Positions 9,939-22,144 of a DNA stretch of 64,000 nt are shown here, piece by piece. The first letter of the stretch is position 1. Each line of letters opens with the position of its first letter. The DNA is from an uncultured Planctomycetales bacterium. GTDB lineage: Bacteria; Omnitrophota; Gorgyraeia; Zapsychrales; Fredricksoniimonadaceae. Under the pieces are notes generated by a model. That model was not told the DNA's origin, did no database searches, and saw nothing but the letters and a program-made list of their open reading frames with translations. The stretch spans positions 48,852-112,851 of the forward strand of contig CAZFNI010000005.1 in the NCBI GenBank assembly GCA_964520655.1, written 5' to 3'. Made by a program: the position numbers and the translations under genes.

Positions 9939-10466
9939 ATGGAGAATACTTCAGTTGAAGCAAAAGTTGCTGCTTCATCCGGCGGTAATTTTTTAAGTCC
10001 AGAGCTTTCCATGATGCTCTTGACCTGGCTGACCTTTTTTATTTTGCTGGCTATTTTAAAGAAATTCGCTTTTAAGCCGATACTGGAAACCCTGCAGAAA
10101 CGAGAGGATTTTATCCGTAAGTCATTAGATGACGCGGATAAAGCCAAGCAACAGTTGGCTCAAATAGATCTTGAAAAAACCCAGATCATCAATACAGCCA
10201 AGGCTCAGGCAGCCAGCATCATTGATGAAGCGCGCAAAGCTGCGACTGTGATTGCTCATGAAACAGAGAATAAAGCTAGGACCAATGCTCAGGAGATGCT
10301 GACGAATGCCCAATCCCAGATCGAGGGAGAACGGCAAAAGGTACGTTTGGCTTTAAGGAAGGAAAGTGTTGACGTGGCCATACAGCTGGCTGGAAAGATC
10401 CTTAAGGAAAATACGGATACTGACAAGAACAGACGGCTTGTACAAGAGGCTGTTAAAGAACTATGA
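9939..10466 (+). CDS. atpF: F0F1 ATP synthase subunit b
   Basis: Single N-terminal TM helix followed by a long charged helix (KAKQQLAQIDLEKTQIINTAKAQAASIIDEARKAA). Start taken at MENTSVEA (ORF-track start 9891 is a possible alternative). Confidence 0.85.
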   Translation: MENTSVEAKVAASSGGNFLSPELSMMLLTWLTFFILLAILKKFAFKPILETLQKREDFIRKSLDDADKAKQQLAQIDLEKTQIINTAKAQAASIIDEARKAATVIAHETENKARTNAQEMLTNAQSQIEGERQKVRLALRKESVDVAIQLAGKILKENTDTDKNRRLVQEAVKEL

Positions 10467-10999
10467 GTTCCATTCAGATCTGTCAACGGTATGCGAAAAG
10501 CTTATATTCTTTGGCCCAGGATCAAGGGGTTGTTGAAGAGGTTTATGCCTGTTTACAATCCCTGGGACAGATCATTGAGCAGAGTGCGGACCTGCGGGAT
10601 TTTTTAGGGAATCCGTTGCTTGCGCAGTCGGAACGCCAAAAAGTCATCGCAGCGGTTTTTTCTGGAAAAGTCCCTGCGTTGGTAGAAAAATTTTTATATT
10701 TTATCAATCAAAAGAACCGCTTAAATCGATTAAGAGGTATCATCGACGCATTTGATGCTTTATATCTTCAGGCGCATAATCGGTTGCGTGCTCAGGTTCA
10801 GGTCGCTTTACCGCTAGAGCTGTCTGTGAAAGAGCAGATCTTGGCGCAATTAAGCAGGAAATATGGTAAGGATGTGCTGGCTTCATGGCAGATCCGCCAG
10901 GAGATCTTGGGTGGTTTTCGTATATTGATCGAAGGATATTTGCATGATTATAGTTTTACGGATCAATTGAATAAATACCGTCAGGAAGTTTTAGGTTGA
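10463..10999 (+). CDS. atpH: F0F1 ATP synthase subunit delta (OSCP)
   Basis: Start [18 protein letters not shown] typical of OSCP family. ATGA overlap with atpF. Confidence 0.85.
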   Translation: MSSIQICQRYAKSLYSLAQDQGVVEEVYACLQSLGQIIEQSADLRDFLGNPLLAQSERQKVIAAVFSGKVPALVEKFLYFINQKNRLNRLRGIIDAFDALYLQAHNRLRAQVQVALPLELSVKEQILAQLSRKYGKDVLASWQIRQEILGGFRILIEGYLHDYSFTDQLNKYRQEVLG

Positions 11000-11036
11000 C
11001 GGTGAAGCTGGTGCATATAACAAAAGAGGGAATACA

Positions 11037-12551
11037 ATGGCGAATCAATTAAATCCAGATGAAGTAAGTTCAATTTTAAAAAGAGAACTGAGCGATTTCA
11101 AAAGTAAGGTTGAGACTTATGAGATCGGTACGGTGCTCAACGTCGGCGACGGTATTGCACGTGTTCATGGTTTAAACAATGTCATGTCGGGTGAGATCGT
11201 TGAGTTTTCCAATGGTGTAAAGGGGATCGCGCTGAATTTGGAGCAGGATAATGTTGGGGTGGCTGTATTCGGAGAGGATTATCTGGTCAAGGAAGGCGAC
11301 GAAGTGCGCCGGACGGGTAAGATCGCCACAGTCCCTGCAGGCGAAGCCTTGTTGGGGCGTATTGTCGACGGATTAGGAACGCCAATTGATGGACAAGGTC
11401 CGGCAAAAGCAACATCCTATCAACAGATCGAGCTTAAAGCGCCGGGGATCATCGATCGCAAGAATGTGCATGAACCCATGCAGACAGGGATCAAGGTTAT
11501 CGATGCTTTGACGCCTATTGGCCGAGGGCAGCGTGAGTTGATCATCGGAGACCGCAAGACTGGTAAAACAACGCTTGCGATCGATGCGATCATTAACCAA
11601 AAAGGAAAAGGTGTTTATTGCTTTTATGTGGCGATAGGGCAAAAGAGGTCTACGGTTGTTCAAATTTATGAAAAGCTCAAGAAGTACGGGGCTATGGAGT
11701 ATACGACCATTATCGCGGCAACCGCTTCTGATCCGGCCCCGATGCAATTTTTGTCCCCTTATGCCGGATGCGCGATGGCGGAATATTTCCGGGATAACGG
11801 CAAACATGCGCTGATTATTTATGATGACCTGACAAAACAAGCTCAGGCTTACCGTCAATTGTCATTATTGTTGCGCCGTCCGCCAGGACGGGAAGCATAT
11901 CCTGGGGATATTTTCTATTTGCATAGCCGTTTGCTGGAAAGAGCGGCAAAGTTAAGTGATGCCAAGGGGGCGGGCAGTTTAACGGCTCTGCCGATCATCG
12001 AAACGCAGGCGGGTGACGTTTCGGCCTATATTCCGACGAACGTGATCTCGATCACGGATGGTCAAATATTTCTGGATACGGATCTCTTTAACGCAGGTCA
12101 GCGTCCAGCCATTAATGCAGGATTGTCTGTGTCCCGCGTCGGAGGTGATGCCCAGGTCAAAGCCATGAAGCAAACAGCGGGAAGTTTGCGACTGGAATTA
12201 GCGCAATACCGTGAATTAGCAGCATTTTCACAGTTTGCCTCGGACTTAGATCCGGCCACGCGCAAGCAGTTAGACCGCGGCAAGCGTTTGATGGAGTTGA
12301 TCAAGCAGGGCATACAAGTACCTTTACCTGTGGTTAAGCAGGTCGCCATCATTTACGCGGGTGTCAATGGCTACTTGGATGATATGCCTGTCGGAAAGGT
12401 CAAGGCATTTGAAGAGTATCTGCATATTCAGCTTGATGCTAAATACCAGTCCTTCGTGGAGATGTTCAACAAGAACTTGAGCATGACCGATGAGATCAAG
12501 GATGCGTTAAAGAAAATATTAACAGATGTTAAAGGGACGTTCGCAGGATGA
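11037..12551 (+). CDS. atpA: F0F1 ATP synthase subunit alpha
   Basis: Walker A GDRKTGKT and ATP-synt_ab signatures. 504 aa. Confidence 0.97.
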   Translation: MANQLNPDEVSSILKRELSDFKSKVETYEIGTVLNVGDGIARVHGLNNVMSGEIVEFSNGVKGIALNLEQDNVGVAVFGEDYLVKEGDEVRRTGKIATVPAGEALLGRIVDGLGTPIDGQGPAKATSYQQIELKAPGIIDRKNVHEPMQTGIKVIDALTPIGRGQRELIIGDRKTGKTTLAIDAIINQKGKGVYCFYVAIGQKRSTVVQIYEKLKKYGAMEYTTIIAATASDPAPMQFLSPYAGCAMAEYFRDNGKHALIIYDDLTKQAQAYRQLSLLLRRPPGREAYPGDIFYLHSRLLERAAKLSDAKGAGSLTALPIIETQAGDVSAYIPTNVISITDGQIFLDTDLFNAGQRPAINAGLSVSRVGGDAQVKAMKQTAGSLRLELAQYRELAAFSQFASDLDPATRKQLDRGKRLMELIKQGIQVPLPVVKQVAIIYAGVNGYLDDMPVGKVKAFEEYLHIQLDAKYQSFVEMFNKNLSMTDEIKDALKKILTDVKGTFAG

Positions 12552-13414
12552 TCGGTATCAGGGAATATAATAAAAAGATCGGGTCTCTCAAAAATACCCG
12601 TAAGATGACAAAGACCATGAAAATGGTCTCTGCCAGTAAATTCAAAAGGGCCTACAAAGCTCAGTCCAATGCGCAGGAATATGCCCTAAAACTTGGCGAT
12701 CTTGTTGCCCGTTTATCCTCATTCTCTGACGGCCGCCACCCTTTGATGAAAACAAAGAAAGTCAATAACAATGCCCTGATCCTTGTCGTTACCTCTGATA
12801 AAGGCTTGTGCGGAGGGTTTAACAATAATCTTGTCCGTGAGATCAAACGGTGGCATAAAGAAAATCCTTACAAATACACCAAGCTGGATTTTTCATTCTG
12901 CGGCAAAAGAGGGTATATGATGTTCCGCCGGCATGTGACCATAAAAACGTTCTTTGAAGATGTGACGGTAAAACCTTCGTTTAAGGATGCCCTCAGGGTT
13001 TCGGCAGATCTCAAAGAAAGGTTTATCAACGGGGAATATGATGAGGTGTATATCGCTTATAATCGTTTTAATTCCCCATTGTCTCAAACACCTGTTATTG
13101 AAAAGATCCTCCCTTTAAGCACAGCCAATGCTCCCAAAGCAATTAATGCTTCTACCGGTGATTATGAATATGAACCCGCACAGCAGGAACTTTTTGATCT
13201 CTTGGTCCCGAAATTCTTGGATTTTAAGATCTTTTACACGTTCTTGGAAAATGCAGCAGGCGAACATGGGGCTCGTATGACCGCCATGGACAAGGCCTCA
13301 TCGAACACGGCGGATCTGATCGACCGGTATACATTACTGCGTAACAGGGCGCGTCAGGCGGCAATTACGACAGAACTTATTGAGATCATTTCAGGTGCGG
13401 AAGCTCTTAAATAA
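12548..13414 (+). CDS. atpG: F0F1 ATP synthase subunit gamma
   Basis: [22 protein letters not shown]-terminal gamma signature. ATGA overlap with atpA. Confidence 0.9.
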   Translation: MIGIREYNKKIGSLKNTRKMTKTMKMVSASKFKRAYKAQSNAQEYALKLGDLVARLSSFSDGRHPLMKTKKVNNNALILVVTSDKGLCGGFNNNLVREIKRWHKENPYKYTKLDFSFCGKRGYMMFRRHVTIKTFFEDVTVKPSFKDALRVSADLKERFINGEYDEVYIAYNRFNSPLSQTPVIEKILPLSTANAPKAINASTGDYEYEPAQQELFDLLVPKFLDFKIFYTFLENAAGEHGARMTAMDKASSNTADLIDRYTLLRNRARQAAITTELIEIISGAEALK

Positions 13415-15090
<1,676 letters not shown>

Positions 15091-15101
15091 GCGAGGTGTC
15101 T

Positions 15102-15275
15102 ATGCCCGTCTTAACGGAAAAAAAACCGATCACGGTATTTAAGATCAAGAACCGCAGCGGATATGCAGCGATCTGCGACGAGCATTTAACCGAAGGCCAA
15201 AGCGAAGCTGAAGCCATCGACCGCATGAACAAAGCGTTAGACCGCACGTTGCGTAAAGAAACACAAAAACAATGA
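15102..15275 (+). CDS. HicB-like / UPF0150-family small protein (57 aa)
   Basis: Hand translation: MPVLTEKKPITVFKIKNRSGYAAICDEHLTEGQSEAEAIDRMNKALDRTLRKETQKQ. The GYAAICDEHLTEGQSEAEAIDRMNKAL segment resembles the Y-A-CPEL...G.T.EEA..N..EA core of the HicB/UPF0150 fold. Stop overlaps the NUDIX ATG (ATGA). Lies 11 nt after atpC. Confidence 0.5.
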   Translation: MPVLTEKKPITVFKIKNRSGYAAICDEHLTEGQSEAEAIDRMNKALDRTLRKETQKQ

Positions 15276-15832
15276 AAAAGATCGGCTCCAAGATCGTTTA
15301 TGAAGGCAGCTGGTTATCTGTCGAAGAAGCCCAATACACCAATCAAGATGGTAAGCTCTATACATGGGAATCGGTTCACCGCAAGCGTTCCAGCGTTGGA
15401 GTTGTTGTCGTTGCCAAATTAGTTCCTTCGAATCGTTTTATTCTTATCAAACAATTCCGCCCGGCCATTGAAGGGTATATTCTTAGTGTTCCTGCCGGTC
15501 TTGGGTTCGATGATCCTGATCATGGGTTGGTTGAATTAAAGGAAGAAACCGGCTATGTGGGACGCATTGTAGAAACCAGTCCCGTTCTTAAAACAGGTGC
15601 TTCATTGATCAACGACAGTGCCCGTATCGTCTATGTTGAAGTCGATGAACATTTACCAGCTAATCAGCACCCTGTCCAGGAGCTTGAATCAGCTGAAGAT
15701 ATCCAGGTTTGTTTGGTCCAAGACACCGCAGCAAAAGATTATATTTTAGATGAAGCCAAAAAAGGTGTTCATATTGCGGCGAATTTATGGTATCTTTTCG
15801 GTTTGCCTAAATATTTGCCGAAAGAAAAATAA
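15272..15832 (+). CDS. NUDIX hydrolase (ADP-ribose pyrophosphatase-like)
   Basis: Nudix box region PAGLGFDDPDHGLVELKEETGYVG. Confidence 0.75.
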   Translation: MKKIGSKIVYEGSWLSVEEAQYTNQDGKLYTWESVHRKRSSVGVVVVAKLVPSNRFILIKQFRPAIEGYILSVPAGLGFDDPDHGLVELKEETGYVGRIVETSPVLKTGASLINDSARIVYVEVDEHLPANQHPVQELESAEDIQVCLVQDTAAKDYILDEAKKGVHIAANLWYLFGLPKYLPKEK

Positions 15833-16720
15833 ATGCCTTACGATCCTCAGAATCCTCAACAAAGTCACAATGAATCCCAAGAAAAAAAAGGACTTTTCGG
15901 TGTCATCATTCACTCCTTTTTTGTGGTCCCATTCTTACTGGCCATTCTTAGCGTGTTGATGTTCGCTGCGGTAAGGATCCTGACAATGGAAAAACATTCC
16001 GTTTATGATTATTTGAACGACATCAAAAAGGGAGGGATCGATAAGCGCTGGCAAGCTGCATTTGAACTGTCCCGTATTTTAACAAGTCAGAAAGAAGTGC
16101 CTCAAGACCAGCAGTTCATCACAAAGATGGAAGAGGCTTTTAATGCATCATCCAGCGACGATGAACGCGTCAGGCAATATTTGATCCTGGCAATGGGCCG
16201 CAGCCAGCGCGTGGAATTTGTAAATCCGCTTTTAAAAGCGCTTCCACGTGAAAAAGATGAAAATGTATATGCAATTATCACTGCACTTGGTATACTGAAA
16301 TCCAATATTTCGGTCAGTGCTCTTTTAAAATATTTGGATCATCCCAATGCGCGCATCCGCTTGGCATCGGTCATCTCTTTAGGACAGATCGCTGCACCGC
16401 AGACAGCGGGTTCTCTAAAGAAAATGCTTCAAGACAGTGAACCCAACGTAACCTGGGATGCGGCTATAGCTTTGGCTAAAATGGGAGACAAGAGCGGTAA
16501 GGCGATAATTTTAAGTTTGATGGATAGGGAGCACCTGAAAAATTATCCAAACCTCTCACCCGAAAATGTCAGTAAGATCATTAGCGTTGCTATTAATGCG
16601 ACATTTGCCTGGAAGGATGATGACATTAAGCAGTCATTGATCAAATTATTTCAGATCGATCCTAATATGAATGTTCGTGCACTGGCGCATCATAGTTTAG
16701 AAAAATACAATAGTCCTTAA
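15833..16720 (+). CDS. membrane-anchored HEAT-repeat (PBS-lyase-like) protein
   Basis: N-terminal TM helix (FFVVPFLLAILSVLMFAAV) then repeated helical pairs (RWQAAFELSRIL / ERVRQYLILAMG / IRLASVISLGQIA / TWDAAIALAKMGD / NVRALAHHSLEK). ATG directly follows the NUDIX stop. Confidence 0.7.
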   Translation: MPYDPQNPQQSHNESQEKKGLFGVIIHSFFVVPFLLAILSVLMFAAVRILTMEKHSVYDYLNDIKKGGIDKRWQAAFELSRILTSQKEVPQDQQFITKMEEAFNASSSDDERVRQYLILAMGRSQRVEFVNPLLKALPREKDENVYAIITALGILKSNISVSALLKYLDHPNARIRLASVISLGQIAAPQTAGSLKKMLQDSEPNVTWDAAIALAKMGDKSGKAIILSLMDREHLKNYPNLSPENVSKIISVAINATFAWKDDDIKQSLIKLFQIDPNMNVRALAHHSLEKYNSP

Positions 16721-16721
16721 T

Positions 16722-17258
16722 ATGACAGAATCAAAATCTCCAGTTGGAAAATCAGTTGATCAAACAAATGCTACTATGGATCGACGTTCATTTATTAAAT
16801 GGTCTGTAGTCGGCTGGTCGGCTTTTGCGGCAGCCGTTGGCGGATATGGAACTCTGGTGTTGCGTTATTTGTTTCCTAATGTTTTGTTCGAGCCAGTGCA
16901 GACATTTAGAGCGGGTGTGCCGGAAGATTTTGAACCTCGAACTGTATCCGAAAAGTTCAAAGATCAGTATGGTGTTTGGATCGTCCGTGATGAAGAGAAG
17001 ATCTATGCATTATCCACTGTTTGTACGCATTTAGGATGTACCCCCAACTGGTCGCCTGCTGAAAATAAATTCAAATGTCCATGCCACGGCAGTGGGTTTT
17101 ATACCACGGGAGTTAATTTTGAAGGGCCAGCTCCAAGGCCTTTAGAACGTTTTAAGATCGGGCTTTCCGATGAAGGCGATATTGTTGTAGATAAAACCAA
17201 AAAATTCCAACAAGAGAAGGGTGAATGGTCTGATCCAGATTCATTCATTTTAGTTTAG
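16722..17258 (+). CDS. Rieske [2Fe-2S] subunit of a cytochrome b6-type quinol oxidising complex
   Basis: Twin-Arg signal ([22 protein letters not shown]). Rieske boxes CTHLGC and CPCHGS. Confidence 0.9.
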   Translation: MTESKSPVGKSVDQTNATMDRRSFIKWSVVGWSAFAAAVGGYGTLVLRYLFPNVLFEPVQTFRAGVPEDFEPRTVSEKFKDQYGVWIVRDEEKIYALSTVCTHLGCTPNWSPAENKFKCPCHGSGFYTTGVNFEGPAPRPLERFKIGLSDEGDIVVDKTKKFQQEKGEWSDPDSFILV

Positions 17259-17262
17259 ACAT

Positions 17263-18057
17263 ATGAACGACCCCTCAAAGCCTTCATTATTTGATCGATT
17301 CAAACAAACGCAGTTTTTCCGAGCTGTTTTTCGGACTGGGGTTCCAGTAGTCACGCACCGCCAGCGGATGATGGTGGTGCTCAACAATGTGTTCCTGCAT
17401 TTACACCCCGTACGTTTACCAAAACACGCTGTAAAAGTACGTTACACCTGGTGCATGGGGGGATTGTCATTCTTTATTTTCCTGGTCCTAACAGTAACAG
17501 GCATACTGCTGATGTTTTATTATCGTCCAACAGTTGAGTATGCCTATGGAGATGTGACGGATTTAAGCCAACAGGTGCCGCTTGGGATCATGCGGGAGAT
17601 CCACCGCTGGGGCGCACATCTGATGGTGATCACAGTTTGGCTGCACATGTTCCGAGTTTTTATGACTGGTTCTTATAAGCCTCCCAGAGAGTTTAACTGG
17701 GTCATTGGTGTTGTGCTTCTTGTATTGACCATGCTCATGAGTTTTACAGGATATTTGCTTCCATGGGACCAACTGGCCATATGGGCCATTACAGTGGGCT
17801 CGAATATGGCTGGCGCAACCCCCATGGTTGGTATGGGTGGGCCGGGATCGTCACTGCTTTCCATTGGCGATGTGAATTTCGTTACTTCTGTTTCTGATGC
17901 CAGATTTGCCATGCTTGGCGGTCGTTTTGTAGGGGAGAGTGCTTTATTGCGTTTTTATGTGCTGCATTGCATTGGTCTGCCGTTCGTGATCATGATCTTC
18001 ATGATCGTGCATTTTTGGCGCGTCAGAAAAGATGGCGGTATTTCAGGACCGACATAA
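17263..18057 (+). CDS. cytochrome b6-type subunit (N-terminal four-helix, b-heme His ligands)
   Basis: [20 protein letters not shown]...[18 protein letters not shown] cytochrome b signature. Split (b6/subunit IV) architecture. Confidence 0.9.
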   Translation: MNDPSKPSLFDRFKQTQFFRAVFRTGVPVVTHRQRMMVVLNNVFLHLHPVRLPKHAVKVRYTWCMGGLSFFIFLVLTVTGILLMFYYRPTVEYAYGDVTDLSQQVPLGIMREIHRWGAHLMVITVWLHMFRVFMTGSYKPPREFNWVIGVVLLVLTMLMSFTGYLLPWDQLAIWAITVGSNMAGATPMVGMGGPGSSLLSIGDVNFVTSVSDARFAMLGGRFVGESALLRFYVLHCIGLPFVIMIFMIVHFWRVRKDGGISGPT

Positions 18058-18060
18058 ACT

Positions 18061-19179
18061 ATGGTTGAATCGATCAAAGAGTTCATCAATATAATTGCCT
18101 CTCCTGCGATATTGTTCAATATCGTGGTCGTGGCGTATCTTATCCTTTTTCCGCCGATCAAATTCTTTGATAATATCCATAAGGCCCTGGGGATAGAAAA
18201 CCTTTGGACAAAGAAGGGTGGAATCGGCATCTTCAGTTTTCTATTTTTTGTTTTTGCTTTTGGTCTATCCGACGCCAATTTCCGCTTGATCGTATTAAAA
18301 CCTGATAATGTGCCGATCGTTGCGTTGATCTTTGTGGTTGTTTTCTTCTTATGGTTTTCCTTAAAACAAGCCAAAGAGAATGATGACGCTATCGCAAAAG
18401 GCGGGAAACCCAAAGAATGGGCTGAATCAAAAGAAAAAGTATTGGTTTTTCCTGACCTTGTTTATATTGAATTGATCGCTTTGATCGCCGCGGCCGCGCT
18501 TTTAGCTGTCTGGTCCATTGGTCTTCCAGCGCCTTTGGAAGATCCTGCCAATCCAACTGTTTCACCGAACCCCTCAAAAGCTCCCTGGTATTTTCTGGGA
18601 CTGCAGGAAATGCTGGTCTATTTTGATCCCTGGCTGGCCGGTGTTGTTTTCCCCACTGTTATCTTAGTCGGGCTGATGTCGATTCCTTTTATTGATAAGA
18701 ACCGCAAAGGCCTGGGGTACTACACCTATAAAGACCGCAAAATGGCGATCAATATCTTTATGTTCTTGTGGCTGGTGCTCTGGATCTTTTTGATCATCGT
18801 GGGTACGTTCCTGCGCGGTCCAAACTGGAATTTCTTCGGACCTTTTGAGTTCTGGGACCACTACAAATTGATCGCTTTAAATAATATCAACCTTTCGGAA
18901 TATGTGTACATGATCTGGTTGAACCGGGGGATGCCCAGCAATATTTTCTTAAGGGAACTCCCTGGATTTGTAGCACTCGTACTTTATTTCGGCCTGTTAC
19001 CACTGATATTCGCCAAAACAATATTCAAGGATCTTTATCAGAAAGTCGGTGTGGTGCGCTACAGCATTTTTGCTGTATTATTCTTGTTAGCGCTGCTGCT
19101 GCCGATCAAAATGTATTTACGCTGGCTGTTTAATATCAAATATCTGATCGCTATACCAGAATTCTTTTTTAACGTTTAA
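18061..19179 (+). CDS. subunit IV-like (cytochrome b C-terminal) protein, extended to 372 aa with extra TM helices
   Basis: PEWY-type motif region (PNPSKAPWYFLGLQEMLVYFDPW). Additional N- and C-terminal hydrophobic segments. Confidence 0.8.
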   Translation: MVESIKEFINIIASPAILFNIVVVAYLILFPPIKFFDNIHKALGIENLWTKKGGIGIFSFLFFVFAFGLSDANFRLIVLKPDNVPIVALIFVVVFFLWFSLKQAKENDDAIAKGGKPKEWAESKEKVLVFPDLVYIELIALIAAAALLAVWSIGLPAPLEDPANPTVSPNPSKAPWYFLGLQEMLVYFDPWLAGVVFPTVILVGLMSIPFIDKNRKGLGYYTYKDRKMAINIFMFLWLVLWIFLIIVGTFLRGPNWNFFGPFEFWDHYKLIALNNINLSEYVYMIWLNRGMPSNIFLRELPGFVALVLYFGLLPLIFAKTIFKDLYQKVGVVRYSIFAVLFLLALLLPIKMYLRWLFNIKYLIAIPEFFFNV

Positions 19180-19181
19180 TT

Positions 19182-22142
19182 ATGCCTGAGCCATTACCTC
19201 CAGAATCTCATTATAATCCAAAGCTTCTCGACAAGATCTTTGCGGCTGTCGCTGTTATTCTATTGATCTCGATCATCGGGCTATTTGCTAAAGATTATTC
19301 CAGGCAATGGAAGAATTATCAGAGAGAATTCAGGGCTTTAGAGGTTGAAAAGTCCCGTGTTAAACTTGATGAACAGGAGAATCTATTAAAGGGAAACGAG
19401 GAATATCAGGATATATTGAAAAAGCTGGAAGAAGTGACGAAAACCCTTTCAGCCAAAGCACCCCAAAGTAATGCCATAGCCACTAGATTGTCTGCCGCCC
19501 AAGCTGTGGAACGTCTGCATACCCAGCAGTATCAGTTCTCAAAAGCAAAGTATGATGCATTAAAATACCAATTTGAGAGCGCAGCTGATAAGAAAGCTTC
19601 TAATGCCCAGCAATTCAAGATCAATTTAGAGAATTTATCGACGCGCTTACAGAAACTAAGCGTATTAGTAGAGGTCGACAAGCATACAACAAAGGGAATT
19701 GAGCAAGAATTAAACGATGCACAGAAGGCTTATAAATCGATCGATAAGCAGCGACTGAATTTGGCTAAGAAAAAAGAGATCTTGGAAAAAAAACTGAAAC
19801 GCATTGATATCGCCGAAATGTCTGCGATGAATCAATTGGCTGAAATGGTCAGAGATCTGCCCATCATTGACTTGGCCAATCCGAATTATAAGATCCGCCA
19901 GATCGTTCTGAAGGATATTCCTGAAGATGTGAATTTCATGAAAGTTCCTCGTGTGGATCGCTGTACGACCTGCCACTTGGGTATTGATAATCCTGATTTT
20001 AAGGAAGCGGCCCAACCATACCGTACTCACCCAAATTTGGAATTGTACATGGATAAGAATTCTCCACACCCGTTGGATCAATTTGCCTGTACAACCTGTC
20101 ATGGGGGGCGCGGGAGAGCGACAGATTTCACGGCAGCGGCCCATACGCCTCGTAATGAAGAACAAGCCAGCGAATGGAAGAAAAAATATGGCTGGCATGA
20201 GCTGGAGCACTGGGAACACCCTATTTTACCGCTGCAATATACCCAAGCGGGTTGTTTTAAGTGCCACCAGGATCAGGGCAGTATCAAAGGAGCGGAAAAA
20301 TTAAATCTAGGGTTGACATTGATCGAACGTGCGGGATGCTACGGCTGCCATAATGTCAATAAGTACGCTTCCTGGCCGAAATCAGGACCGAATCTTGAAT
20401 ATGTCTCCAGTAAATTGACAAAAGATTGGACTTACCATTGGATCGAAAATCCCAAAGCGATCCGCCACAATGCCTGGATGCCGTCATATTTTAATCAAAC
20501 TAATAATAGTGACCCCGTATCTATAGAACGCAGCAAGCAGGAGATCAATGCCCTGGTCGAATTCCTCTTTGGCAACAGTAAGAAATTTTCTGTGGATGCA
20601 TTATCACAGAAGGGAGATTCTAAAAATGGCAAAGAATTGGTTGCGTCGCTTGGGTGCTTAGGGTGTCACCAGATCACTAAGGACAAGCCTTCAGAACCTC
20701 GAACACCAGACTCACTCCATAGGGAATTTGGCCCTAATCTGATAGGGTTAGGCAGCAAAACCACTCAGGCCTGGTTATATCAGTGGTTAAAAGATCCTAA
20801 GCGTTATCACGAAACGTCGCGTATGCCGTCGCTGCGTTTATCCGATCAGGAAGCCGCGGATATTGCGGCATTTTTGATCCAAGATAAGGATGCCAATTCG
20901 GTAAAACCTCGTCCCGCTCTCAATGAGACGGTTCTTAATGAGATCGTCATGGATTTCTTGAAAAAATCAGAATCAGTGGCGGATGCTCAGGCAAAACTCG
21001 CAACGATGGATAAAACAGCGAAACAAAAATTTGCCGGTCAGCGCTTGGTCCGTGAATATGGTTGTTTCGCCTGCCATAAGATCCCTGGATTTGAGAATGA
21101 AAAACCTATTGGTGTTGATCTCTCAGAAGAAGGTTCGAAAAGTATTGAGCGTTTGGATTTTGGTTTTGTGAAGATCGAACACAGTAAACATGCCTGGTTT
21201 AAACAAAAATTGTTAGATCCGCGTATCTTTGATCATGGTCGCGTTTTATCACCCTTGGAACGCAACAGAATGCCTAATTTCAACCTAACTCAGGATGAGG
21301 CAGATGCCTTAACAACACTGATCTTAGGGCTCGTGAAAGATAAACCAAATCAAAACAAAATGCCCAATACCTCGGTAAAAGCAGCGTTCGTGACTCAAGG
21401 TCAGAGGACGATCCGTCAGCTTAATTGCCAGGGCTGTCATATGATCGAAGGTCAAGGTGGAGGTGTGCAGTCAACTGTTGAGGACTGGCTGGTGCATTAT
21501 CAAAATAAAGATGTTAATGAAGCGAAAGCGATCTCCCGTAGTTTTTCACCGCCAAACTTGATCGGTGAAGGGGCTAAGATACAGGCTCAATGGATGTTTG
21601 AATTTTTCCATGAACCTATTGCCATCCGCCCATGGTTGAAGATCCGCATGCCAAGCTACAATTTTCATCAGGGTCAAGAGAATACATTGATCAAATATTT
21701 CAATTATTACGATGACCAGGAGTTCCCCTTTACTGAAATCTATCATGCGGATCTTTCTAAAGAAGACTATGCATCAGCCGAGAAACTTTTCTCCAAAGAA
21801 GTGTTTAATTGCGCACAATGCCACATCATCGGTAGTAAACATCCAGATGGAGCACCGGAAAACTGGGCTCCAGACTTGTCGCTGGCTTCAGAAAGGTTAA
21901 AGCCTGATTGGATCATTAAATGGATCACAAACCCGCCAGCGCTGCTTCCAGGCACAAAAATGCCTGTATTCTATGACCCGAAAGCTTTTGAAACCTCTGG
22001 TCCTCCTGATATATTTGGGGGGGATTCCAACCGTCAAATCCGTGCCTTGAGGGACTATGTCTTGTCCATTACAGCGGATCCCCAACCAACTAAATCACAT
22101 GATCCAGTTCCAGAAGCGTCCAAAGATGCTCCTGTAAAGTAA
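19182..22142 (+). CDS. membrane-anchored octaheme cytochrome c (N-terminal TM + ~200-aa coiled coil + 8 CXXCH)
   Basis: Eight CXXCH motifs: CTTCH x2, CFKCH, CYGCH, CLGCH, CFACH, CQGCH, CAQCH. The last five sit in tandem class-I cytochrome c-like units with GPNL...W...MP signatures. Residues ~40-230 are a K/E/Q-rich heptad region. Confidence 0.85.
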   Translation: MPEPLPPESHYNPKLLDKIFAAVAVILLISIIGLFAKDYSRQWKNYQREFRALEVEKSRVKLDEQENLLKGNEEYQDILKKLEEVTKTLSAKAPQSNAIATRLSAAQAVERLHTQQYQFSKAKYDALKYQFESAADKKASNAQQFKINLENLSTRLQKLSVLVEVDKHTTKGIEQELNDAQKAYKSIDKQRLNLAKKKEILEKKLKRIDIAEMSAMNQLAEMVRDLPIIDLANPNYKIRQIVLKDIPEDVNFMKVPRVDRCTTCHLGIDNPDFKEAAQPYRTHPNLELYMDKNSPHPLDQFACTTCHGGRGRATDFTAAAHTPRNEEQASEWKKKYGWHELEHWEHPILPLQYTQAGCFKCHQDQGSIKGAEKLNLGLTLIERAGCYGCHNVNKYASWPKSGPNLEYVSSKLTKDWTYHWIENPKAIRHNAWMPSYFNQTNNSDPVSIERSKQEINALVEFLFGNSKKFSVDALSQKGDSKNGKELVASLGCLGCHQITKDKPSEPRTPDSLHREFGPNLIGLGSKTTQAWLYQWLKDPKRYHETSRMPSLRLSDQEAADIAAFLIQDKDANSVKPRPALNETVLNEIVMDFLKKSESVADAQAKLATMDKTAKQKFAGQRLVREYGCFACHKIPGFENEKPIGVDLSEEGSKSIERLDFGFVKIEHSKHAWFKQKLLDPRIFDHGRVLSPLERNRMPNFNLTQDEADALTTLILGLVKDKPNQNKMPNTSVKAAFVTQGQRTIRQLNCQGCHMIEGQGGGVQSTVEDWLVHYQNKDVNEAKAISRSFSPPNLIGEGAKIQAQWMFEFFHEPIAIRPWLKIRMPSYNFHQGQENTLIKYFNYYDDQEFPFTEIYHADLSKEDYASAEKLFSKEVFNCAQCHIIGSKHPDGAPENWAPDLSLASERLKPDWIIKWITNPPALLPGTKMPVFYDPKAFETSGPPDIFGGDSNRQIRALRDYVLSITADPQPTKSHDPVPEASKDAPVK

Positions 22143-22144
22143 CA

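Noticed and set aside
11373-11858. 161-aa minus-strand ORF inside atpA (and similar antisense ORFs at 19710-20219, 26509-26982, 27418-27963, 57180-57713, 59643-60110)
   Set aside because: All lie antisense to long, strongly conserved genes (atpA, octaheme cytochrome, hoxF, leuC, ilvD). They have no RBS, odd composition and no recognisable motifs, so they are shadow ORFs.
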